Positions 13,301 through 24,105 of a DNA stretch of 64,000 nucleotides are shown here, in pieces (position 1 is the stretch's first letter; every line of letters begins with the position of its first letter). This DNA is from Cycas panzhihuaensis. Lineage: Eukaryota > Plantae > Cycadophyta. The notes under the pieces were generated by a model. That model saw nothing but the letters and a program-made list of their open reading frames with translations. It ran no database searches and was not told the origin of the DNA. The translations under genes were made by a program, and so were the position numbers. Location of the stretch: positions 148,497,741 to 148,561,740 of the forward strand of contig CM041465.1 of assembly GCA_023213395.1 (NCBI GenBank). Direction: 5' to 3'.

Positions 13301-14308
13301 CCTTCAAAGTTGTGCCTAGTCTCAGTTCATAATCCCATCTCTTCTTCTCGTTTTTATTGTAAGCAATCATCAATCCATGACCGATATGATCAATTCTTTT
13401 CACAAAACCTTCACTTTTTTTTCCAAAAGCCATCCCATCTGAAAAAAAAAAATGCAAATGCAAGGCAAGACCACGACAAGACATCTGAAGCACGTTATAG
13501 GTCCTAGGATCCTCCCGATACAAAATAAGGTACATGTACCGAAGCCTAGGAGAAAACATTGGCAAATTCAAGACATCTGCCAACAAAGTTCCATAGGAGA
13601 TGCAAGATCAAGCCAAATCTTTATGACATACAGTATCTAGCAGGTGGTGGTTGGAAGATTAGATCAAGCTACAAGCAATTCTCGATACTTTGAGGGTGAA
13701 GTATCGTTTTAAGGGGAGAGGAATTGTAGCATTCTTAAAATAATAAAAGGAAGTCAGTTTTATAAGGGCAATTTATTATGGTGAAGTCAGTTTTAGAAGA
13801 ATTAAAAGAAGAATCATTTATTTTATTTTATTATGAAGTCGGTTTTTTGGAGGAGAAAATAAGAGATTGATTTTGAAGGCTATAAATAGAGTAGCTTCCC
13901 TCATTTGTAAGGCATCTTGGAGAATTTTGTTATGTGGTATAATGGCCTTGTGCCTACTGGAGGGTCGCTCTTGCCTCGAAGAGGGTTCATCAACTGTTAG
14001 ACATTGTATTAGGTGCTATTATCTTGTTAATATCATTCCTTGTTATTTATATATGTTGCTGTTATCCCTATATGAATGATATATTTCTATATTGAATGAT
14101 GTTATAAGGGTTTACTGCTATGAATATATGTTATCTGTTGTAGTTTGTTGGCATTGAGAAGTATTATCTGTGCTACATGGCTGTAATTATATCTTATTTG
14201 CTGTAATTGAATGAACCCATTGTTGAATATTATGATATGCTTTGAATATTATCATTATCCATTGGAATTAGTGCTTCTATTTATTGTTTTATATGTTGGG
14301 CCGCTACA
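10310..14308 (+). mobile_element. Non-autonomous gypsy (chromovirus-like) element D, 4.0 kb
   Basis: LTRs 10310-10913 and 13725-14308 (TGTAG..CTACA), TSD ACTTG at 10305-10309 and 14309-14313, degenerate Met PBS TGGTATCAC, PPT AAGGGGAGAGGAA; decayed gag-like ORF 12046-12423 (LKGETHQWYESW); no pol. Confidence 0.92.
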
Positions 14309-16266
14309 ACTTGAGCCTAGATAATATCAAATTGATGTTTAGTAAAAGCATGGTGTATGGGCTTCCAATGATTTTTGCATCAAATTGTCTTTGTGAAGCA
14401 TGTATTATGGGGAAACAACATCGCAAGCCTTTTCCTAAAGGCAAAGCATAGCATGCATCTCAACCCTTGCAACTAGTTCATACTGATTTATGTGGACCCA
14501 TGTGCATACTATCTCTTAGAAGAGCTTTGTACTACATCACTTTCATTGATGATTTTTCACATAAGGTTTGGGTCTATTTCATTAAACTCAAATCTAAGGC
14601 TTTGGAAAAATTTTAACAATTTAAATTTGGTGTGGAAAATGAAGCAGACTTGTCCATCAAAATATTGGGGTTTGACAACGGAGGTGAATTTACCTCAAAA
14701 GACTTCAACCAATTTTGCAGGAATCATGAGATCAAGAGGCAACTCACTGCTCCATACACACCTCAACAAAATGGAGTAGCTGAAAGGATGAACATGACTT
14801 TGGCAAGCAAAGCCAAAGCAATGATGCATACTAAGGGCCTTCCTCTTTCTTATTGGGCTGAAGCATTTCATACAACTTATGTGGCCAATAGGAGCCCTAC
14901 CACTACAGTCACCAATATGACACTAGAGGAGGCTTGGTTTAACAAGAAGCCAACTGTGAGCCATTTGAGGATTTTTGGGTGCATTGCTTATATGCATATT
15001 CTCCAACAACAACGAAAGAAATTAGACGATAACAGTCTAAAATGTATTTTCATTGGTTACTCTAGTAACAATAGAGCATATAAAGTATATGATTCCACTT
15101 CCAAAAAAATGCATATATCTAGAGATATAGTCTTTGCTGAGGATAATAAAGAGATGGAACTAACATCCATCCATCTTCCTCTTGAAAAAGGCAAATAGAT
15201 TGCTGAGGATTTCTTTCTCTCACAATCTTCAACACCATGCTCATCTTATGCTCTTGTCACTTCTCCGTCTACTTCTGCTCCATCTTCATCAACAACTCCA
15301 CTTGACCCTAGTAGCTCTTCTGTTGATCAACCGTTATAGCCCTAAGATATTGATGTTAAGGTTATATCCACGAAGAAGCTACCCAAATGGTATACTCAAA
15401 CGATAAAAGGACAATCAAGTCATTGAAGGAAAATGTCCATCCAAATTGAGGCAACAAACAATTAACTATGCACTTATGGTTGAAGTGCTTTGTGTAGATG
15501 AGCCTTCCACTTTTGAGGAGGCATGTAAAAGTGAAAAGTGGAAAGCTGCTATGAATGAAGAAATCCATTCTATTGAAAAGAATGGAACCTAGGATTTGAT
15601 CGAATTGCCTAAGAACAAAGAGGCAATTGGTTGCAAATGAGTGTATAAAACCAAATTCCAATCTGATGGATCAATCAAGCGTCATGAGGCTTGACCAGTT
15701 GCCAAGGGCTTTAAGCAAAAAAAAAGACATTGATTATGATGAGACCTTCACACTTATGACAAACATGAACACCATCAGATTAATATTGGCCTTAGTTGCT
15801 CAATGTAAGTGGTCAATTTATCAAATGGATGTAAAGAGTGCTTTTTTCAATGGCGATCTTCAAGGGAAGGTATACTTGGAGCACCCTCTTGGATATGTTG
15901 CACATGGCAAAGAACATTTGGTCTGTCCCCTTAAAACGACTTTGTATGGATTGAAACAGGTCCCTCGAGCATGGTATTCTGAAATCAATGATTATTTTTT
16001 GATACATAGATATCATTGATCCTCATCAGCTTCTAATTTGTACATAAAGGTTATGGAAAACTATGTTGTCTTTGTCGTTTTGTATGTTGATGACTTAGTG
16101 ATCACTGGGAGTGACACTAAGATGATACAAGTTCTCTAGGATGACCTTAAGAGAAGTTTTGGGATGATGGATCTTGAACTTCCTTATTATTTCTTAGACA
16201 TAGGAGGTATGGCAATAGCCAGGCCATATCTTCATTTCCCAATCCAAATACACTTGGGACATTTTG

Positions 16267-16839
16267 TGTAATGAACCGTTATACCAAAACCTCAAGGTGT
16301 TAGTGAAGAGGGCCCCTCACCGAGTAGACCATTACCTCCCCTTGGGTTGAACGTCCTGGCTCCGCCTAGCCCTGCTTTAATCGGCATTCATGCGCCCCAT
16401 AGGCTCCGGCTATGACGACGTTTTGCACATCGACGACATTTGGCGCATTATCCTGTCGCCTCCATAAGCGGCATTGACCCCACGGAATTCAAACTTGGGT
16501 CTTGGCTCTGATACCACTTGTAACAAACCGTTACACCAAAACATCGAGGTGTTAGTGAAGAGGGCCCCACATCAAGTAGACCATTACCTCCTCCTGGGTT
16601 GATATTAGAGCCAAGACCTAGGTTCGAATCCTGTGGGGCCAACGCTGCTTATGGGGGCGATGGGGTGACGCGCCAAACATTACCAATGCGCAAAACACCA
16701 TTGTAGCTGGGCTTTGTGGGGCGCATGAATGCTGGTAAAAGCGGGGCTAGCCTGTTCGACTCGGGGAGAGGTAATGGTCTACTTGGTGGGGGGCCCTCTT
16801 CACTAACACCTCGAGGTTTTGGTGTAACGGTTAGTTATA
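16267..16839. mobile_element. TRIM composite E: inverted (head-to-head) dimer with three ~87-bp LTRs
   Basis: LTR(-) 16267-16353, internal(-), PBS(-) 16505-16516, LTR(-) 16519-16602, degenerate PBS(+) 16600-16612, internal(+), LTR(+) 16753-16839. TSD TTTTG at 16262-16266 and 16840-16844; removing E restores the C RT frame WDILQRFRM. Confidence 0.9.
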
Positions 16840-17624
16840 TTTTGCAACGATTTAGAATGGAGGACTTCAAACCATCATCTATGCCTATGGAGTATGGTAT
16901 AAGGCTATCACTTGATGAGAAAACAACACCAACAAATCCCATATTATATTGGCAACTAGTGGATAACCTATTCTATCTCACCAACACTAGACTGGATCTC
17001 TCATTTGTAGTTGGGATTTGTTCGAGGTACATGTCTCAACTCAATCAGAATCATTGGAATGTAGCAAAATGTATATTGAAATATCTTATATGTGCATTGT
17101 AGCATTGCCTTAAGTATACACATAATGAGAACTCCATCTTGGAAAGGTTCTCGGATTTTGATTGGGCAGGATGCCAAGATAATTGCAGATCAACCTTATG
17201 ATATTGTTTTCACCTTGGGTCAAGAGTTATTTTGTGGAGTTGCAAGAAGCAACCCAATGTTACCTTGTCCTCCATAGAAGTCGAGTACAAAGTTGTAGTT
17301 AGCACAACTTGTGAGGCTATATGGCTAAGGGGGATTCTTAGCGATCTTAGATTTGAGCAAAATCATCCCACTAGGTTATATTATGACAATCAAAGTGTGC
17401 TTAAGTTGACTACAAATTCGGTTTTTCATGCAAGGACCCATCACATTAAGGTTCATCATCATGTCATAAGGGAGCATGTGCAGAATAATGAGATTAACCT
17501 CTTCTTCAAGTCCACAGACTAGCAGCTAACGAATATCTTTACCAAGCCACTTGATAGAGAAAAGTTTGAGAAATTTAGGAATGGTCTTAGTGTCTGGCTT
17601 AACATTGTAAATATTAAGGGGGGG

Positions 17625-18190
17625 TGTTAAACTTTTATGTTTAAATGTTAAGTGATGTACTTTATATTATAACATTATGTACTTTATGTAAAGGTGTATT
17701 ATCACCTAATGTGATAAAAGTACACACCCACATTCTTTTTAGTAGCACAATGTTGTGACTTGAGGGTCAATGTACCCCTTATGAACTTTTGCTCACAAGA
17801 GAGCCCAAGAGACACTTGTCCCATGTGCAAATGGCATAGTTTGCATATTTGACACTTGTCGAACATCAAGCCTCTAAGGTCTCTCTTCCAACTCTATATA
17901 TTGAAACCAATTCTCATGTATTACAGAACAGAGTGTGCGTTGTATTGTTATGTTGTTATTTTAATCCAAGACTATCTTGTTCATTTGGAGTGAGAAACAA
18001 TTACTATCCTCCATATCTTGTGTTCTTTCTTGTGCTTGATTCATATGCTTGCTTCATTGCTTAGGTGTTCATCTTCATAGTCTTGCTATAGATGCTAGTC
18101 ATCTTATTGTGCTAGCATACACCCTCTCCAAATGATTCTAGGGTTGTGTTCATCATCAATTGGTGTGAGAGCTAAATGCTATTCTCTTCA
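17625..18190 (+). repeat. 3' LTR of C (right end approximate, 18158-18190)
   Basis: Starts TGTTAAAC after the PPT; homologous to the reverse complement of the J LTRs; gag sequence of another copia follows. Confidence 0.75.
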
Positions 18191-18671
18191 TGCATGAAGG
18201 CTACCATATTTTTGTAACTAGTTTTTGCTTGATTGAAAGAAGAAAGCCCTTGTCATTTGATGAACTTGTTGGGCTGCTCTTACATGAGGAGCAAAGGATG
18301 GGTAGTTACCCAGGTAGCAATAGTGCTACAATGTTAGCAACTACATCAAAAAAGAAGGGCTATAAGAACCCTCCTAGGAATGTTTTATATCCTACTCACA
18401 ATAGAACCACTAATAAGCCTAAAAAGGACATATCTTATAATTACTATAATAAGAAGGGTCATCTTGAAAAGAATTGCTAGAAGAAGAAAGACAAGAAGCC
18501 ATCATTTGCATCTGCACCAGCATTTGCACCTATTTTGACAACAAATAATGAACCTAATGTGTTGGTTCTTCATGCATTTGCATAAGATTTTTGGTACTTG
18601 GGTTCTGGAGCATCAAAACATATAACCCCTCACAAGAAATGGTTTAGCAAGATTGAAGTGTTCCTTCTACC
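18191..18671 (+). pseudogene. gag: Copia gag C-terminus and protease start (probably element F)
   Basis: HEGYHIFVTS..LSFDELVGLLLHEE; decayed knuckle YNYYNKKGHLEKNC; protease WYLGSGASKHIT. Confidence 0.8.
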
Positions 18672-21140
18672 TATCAGGCCGACTTACTAAGTGTGTTAGG
18701 GCCGACTTGAAATAGTCTAGAATACTCTTAATTCTAGATGACTTCTAATGGGGATTTTGGTCGAATTAAGCTACTAATTCTGGCCAACCTACACTCCACT
18801 TTTTGGTCGACTCTTATCTACACTTTATCCCGCCTATATAAAGGGATATTGGGGCTCATTCTAGCTTATCAGAACCAAAGTCATGGCTGCTGTATTTTTG
18901 GCGTTTGGGCTGCATTTTCTTTGGAGGGAACCTCGCCTCGAAGAGGGAAGTGTTACCGGGTGTTACATACTCATTTGTACTTCATAATTTTATCAACACT
19001 TTCAATTATTTTATAGATAATAACCATAGATATTTCATAATTCTCCAAATCACTAGTGTTAGAGCTACATTTTGTGTATTTTGTTATACTTTTTCTCTCT
19101 TTTCCTTCCTAAAGACTGTGCGGGTGCACTCCAAGTGGTATTAGAGCTTCGTTGGAACCTATCTCGAGGAGAAATTTTGCTAGTTTAGTAAGGGAAATCA
19201 AGGGAAAGAGTAGAAATTCCTTCCCCCCCCCCCGCTTCCAAAAACAAAAAAAAATTTACCCCCTACCCTTCTTCCAAATTTTCATAGGGCATTCTTAAAC
19301 GGAGTTAAGATCCAAAAGAATCTTGCAACAGAGCAAGATGGTGAACACCTAATCGATATCAATATGGGATATAACTTGTCGGGTGGACAAATTGAATGAG
19401 GACATAGCAAATTGGAAATCCTCCTTGGAAGCTTCAATGGCAAGCATAACCAGGAGGTTGGACCTAATATTACCAGAGGGAGATTCCTTAGATGTAGAAA
19501 AAACCCCAGGGTTCAAAGAAATCAATGAAGAATTCCAAGAACAAAGGAATCAAAGGGGCTACCAACAAAAGAGGCAAAGAAAGTTTGACGAAGGATTTCA
19601 GGAACATAGAAACCCAAGAGACTTCCAACAAAGGAACTAGAAGAATTTTGACTCAGACAACGGTCTCAGGGGAACAAAATTTACATTGGAGAAGTTCGAC
19701 CTAGACAGATCAAGGGACATCCAAAGTTGGATACTATAGATTGAAACCTACTTCCAGGTATACGAATTATCCAACAAAGACCAAGTGTTGACAACTTCTC
19801 TCCACTTATATGGAAAAGCTTTGAGATGGTTTCATTGGTGTAGGAATGTTCATGCAGATATTTCCACCAAATCTTGGGATTCCTTGAAGGCAGGGTTGAT
19901 AGAACAATACGAAGACTCATGGAATACAGACTGCTTCGCCCAACTGACTTGACTACAAAAAATGGAACAGTTCAAGCATACATGAAGCAGTTCCAAGCCC
20001 TCCAATGTTTAGTCATCGATCGTATATAAGCTGAGTGCATCACACAAATGTACATCAGTGGGCTCAAAGACCACATCAAGTATCACATTAAAATGATGGG
20101 GCCCACCAATATAAGAGAAGCAATCACGCTCGCAAGAAATATTGAACCTAAATTTAGGGTAAGCAGACCTCCTTACATTCATCAAAGCGAGCCAATATTC
20201 TACCAAAACTCATGCTCCAACCCCAATTGGACCAAGTTAGGGACAAAAGTGGACCCACCACTTGCAGGAAGGAGTACAAACAAAACAAGTGGAATATCAA
20301 GAGATGAGCATCTTAAGAGAGGAACTTGTTTTAAGTGTAGAGGGAATTGGAATAAAGACCATCAATGCTCAGCAAAAAAGGTCTTTATGATCCAAAACAA
20401 AGAGATGATTGTCCTAGAAGGAGAAGGAAATACTCCAGAAGAAAATGAGGAAACCAAAATAGAAGAACTTCTCGACTTGGACACTAAGAATGTGCAGATA
20501 TCACTACTGGCGATCACAGGACAAAGTGACACCCCTCAAATATTACAGTTCTAAGGGTTATTCCAAGGGACATCATTCGCCATTCTAATTGATAGCGGGA
20601 GTACTCATAACTTCATCAATCAACCAACAATAGAGAAATTGGGATTACCCATAAAAGCACTCAATGCTTTCTAGGTTGCTATTGCCAACTGAAAGTCCAT
20701 GACATGTGGGGGGGTATTGTCAAAAGGTGAACCTTCTGATTAAAGATTACTCAGAACCACTTGCATGTTTGCAATGCTAGTAGGAGTTGATGTTGTGTTG
20801 GGGATACAATGGTTACAAACACTAGGGAATGTGGTCTCAAACTATAAAACATGAATCATGAGCTTTCACCAAAAGGGACGTCATTATACGCTACAAGCTC
20901 CCGCCACACCTTCAACACAGTTGGTATCATCGCATTGTATGGAGAAGATGTTAAAGAAGAACCCAACTCCGCATATCATGACATAAGATCGCGGTAAAAG
21001 ATATTCTGGGTGAGGTACAAGAAATCATAGACCAGTATAGTTCAGTGTTTGAGGAACCCCCGTTGGGGCTTCCCCAAGATCGTGGATGCCAACATGCCAT
21101 CGAACTAGTACCGGGAGTAGCACCAATAAACATTTGTCAG
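18672..21140 (+). mobile_element. Ty3/gypsy chromovirus-type element G, 3'-truncated just before RT
   Basis: LTR ~18672-19133, PBS TGGTATTAGAGC 19136-19147; gag (YISGLKDHIK, CFKCRGNWNKDHQC); protease ILIDSGSTHNFI; pre-RT RGCQHAIELVPG; then fused to the H LTR. Confidence 0.88.
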
Positions 21141-24105
21141 TATGCCTCTAACCGTAACATGTTATTAGAGGCTTCTTGTATAAATATGTACAATACCTCT
21201 CAATATACTCAAGGAGTTCATTTCAATCATTTTTGATCTCATTTGTCTATAGTTGCTTTGACCTGGTATCAGAGCCTTGCTTCTCCCATTTGTGTCTTGA
21301 TTAGTGAGCTCGTCATATCGTCGTGCAGATTGACCATATAACTGTATGAACCTGAGTCAACCTGCTCAGATTTGGCTGAAATTTGGTGAGTAGGTGCACC
21401 TCACCAAGGCGATCATCTTTCTCCAAAGCATTGTTAGCTGATTCTCATTTGTTTGGGCTAGATCTGAGAAAAATGACAACTGCCCACGTGGACTCATTTT
21501 CAGAGATTTCTCTCCATACGATCTGAGTTTGATGTATGGTATGGCCCTGTTCGCTGCATGTGCGATGAGAAACAAGCAAAAAGGAGAAAAAACCCTAGCT
21601 GCCGCTCTCAACTTTGACTGGGTTTTTCTCATCAACGAAAGGTCTGATCAAAATTCCAAGGCCAGAGCTGAGTTTTCCACTAAAAAATCTTTCATTTGAG
21701 TTTGGACTCGAGTTTTTTTGAAGAAGTTGTTTTTTCAGCCCTCCTTACCAGTTTGTACAGATGTTCATACTTCAAAAATTTTGTTCCATTAATGAAGTGC
21801 CCTCAGGTTTGATCTTTTGCAGCATATCTCTTCTACAGTATTTTACTGGCTCATTTTCTTGTCTAAAGTTCTTTTCTCTTTAAAAAATAATAAAATATAC
21901 TACACATCTCTATGTTGCTTCTCCTCATTCACCTTCTATACCACTGCTAGATAACTCTGCTTAGCAGCTACCCGTTCCCTACCTTAGAGACCTTGTTCCA
22001 GGTGTCTATAAGAATCGTGTTGCATCTGTTGTTATTGGCTAAAGCACGATTGGATTTTACACCAACATGTGAAGTGAGGGGACACGAAAGGACCCAATAA
22101 CCAGTCCTTAGATAGAGCTCGCTCATGGATGTGAGCCTACATGTATCAGAAGGTATATCGGAGGACCCTATAGGACCTTGAGCCCATCCTAGAATAGGAA
22201 GCCCAACTGACCGCTGAAGCTTTGTAGTGTAGTGGTTAGCGGTTAGTGCCATGAAGCTATTTGTCACGAATGTTTTTGGAGGTTTATCGATAGGCCTACG
22301 AGCCAAAGCAATCCCATGTCTAGACTTGGTAGAGTTCATCCATCCTATCATGCCCTCTTCTCTCCATCTTGTTGAGTCCAAGAAACTTATTGGGGACAAC
22401 TATGAGTCTTGGAAGACTAAGATGAGATCCATTCTTGTGGATCAAGGACCATGGGACTAGATAGAGAATATCAAGCTAGAACTTGCTGATGCTGCTGAGA
22501 GGAATGCATACTTTGAACAGAAGCCTTGCCCTTGCCTCCATCACTTTATTTGTTGTGGATACCATTTTGCCTCACATAGCCAGTGCTGTTACCCCTCATG
22601 AGGCATCGAAAACCTTGAAGACCTTATATACTCAGAAATATATTGCTCACATCATGGCCCTAGAAAACCGAATGGCCCTACTAAAGATGTCAGAATCAGA
22701 GGACATGATTCTTTGCTTGCTTCAAGCTACTACATGAGAACTTGGTGCCTGTTGGGGTGACCTACTTTGATGGTGATCTTATTGAGCTCATAATACATAA
22801 GCTTTTTGCTCGATTCAAAAATTTTGTCACCTCCTATAAGATCACAGTCGAAATAGCTCAACCTTCTTTTGCTACCATATGTGGACAACTCCATCATGAG
22901 TAGATTGAAACCAGCTTGGAAAATGAGTTGGAAAATGCCTTCTCATCCAGAGTTAATATCCGGCGTAGGGGTACTCCTACCAGAGGCAACCTTCGTGGAA
23001 TTGATCTGGGGAGGAGATGCCTAACTAGCTATAGTCCTGGAAGGGGACAATCTCTTCCATGCCCAAATACACAAAAATATTCTAGAGGACGATTCAATCA
23101 TCAAATCATTTATTTTTATTGTGGAAAGACGAGTTATTATACCACCGATTATCGTCATCGTAAGGTAGATCTGGAAAGGGGCATTATAGCATCAGGAGCT
23201 ACTCTAGGCAATTTGAGAAGAATGAGTCCATGGAAATAGAAGAAGAAGAGACAACATTTGTCATCGCATACTCCTCAAGTATACGCAACCAAAGCAAAGA
23301 TGATTGATTCATAGACTTGGGAGCCTCCAAACACATGACTCACAGACGAACTTGGTTCAACAACAAAACTCCTCTTCAGGGTGTAGGATCAGTTGAACTT
23401 GGGGATGATACTACTCATGCAACACAAGGACGCAGAATTGTTTTCGTTGTCATGCCAAATGGAAACATTGAAAAAGTTGGTGGAGTACTTTATGTACTTG
23501 GAATGACCAAAAACTTACTATCTGTCTCTTAATTGACTGACAACAAACTCCAAGTCTTGTTTGATAGTGATGGATGTATTGTTTTTGATAAATATAAAGG
23601 GAACAAAGTGATTGGTGAAGGCATTAAAACTAATGGATTGTACAAATTTTTCGTCTCACCAATTTACTCTACCCTCAATGTAACACTCGATATTGATAAT
23701 GATAAGCTCTGGCATTTGTGCTATGGTCATTTGTCTTATGATGCCCTATCTTCGTGAAGCAAATATGACAAGGTAAATGGATTGCCCTAGATAAAGAAAA
23801 CTAACTCAGTTTGTGATATATGCATGATGGATAAGCAACATAGGTTACAATTCTCCTTCAACACTAGAAGCGTAACATGCAAGCTCCAACTAATTCATAG
23901 TGATATGTGTGGCCTATTCTTGCCTCTCTCTGTCTGAGGTGCTCGTTATTGCTTGGCATTTATAGATGACTGTACTAGGAAGATTTGGATTTACTTCCTT
24001 AAACTAAAATCTGATGTGTTCGATACCTTTCTCAACTTCAAGGCCAAAGTTGAGAAGGAAAGTAGGCACTGCATCAAATGTTTAAGAATTGATAATGGTG
24101 GAGAT

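Larger units (their letters stand above)
9909..18190 (+). mobile_element. Ty1/copia element C (3' portion; same family as J), interrupted by D and E
   Basis: PR tail and GAG-pre region 9909-10309; IN (CEACIMGKQH, DNGGEF, PQQNGVAER) from 14309; RT (QMDVKSAF, LYVDDL); RNase H (NIFTKPL); PPT AAGGGGGGG then LTR from 17625. Confidence 0.92.

Noticed and set aside
16267-16839. Cassandra (5S rRNA) TRIM or a genuine tRNA gene
   Set aside because: No 5S similarity is visible in the LTR. The tRNA-like part lacks proper acceptor and anticodon stems and is built around the PBS.
18158-18172. PBS-like ATTGGTGTGAGAGC near the end of the C LTR
   Set aside because: It has two mismatches and is followed within about 20 bp by mid-gag sequence with no leader. 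I treat it as part of the LTR, leaving the boundary uncertain.
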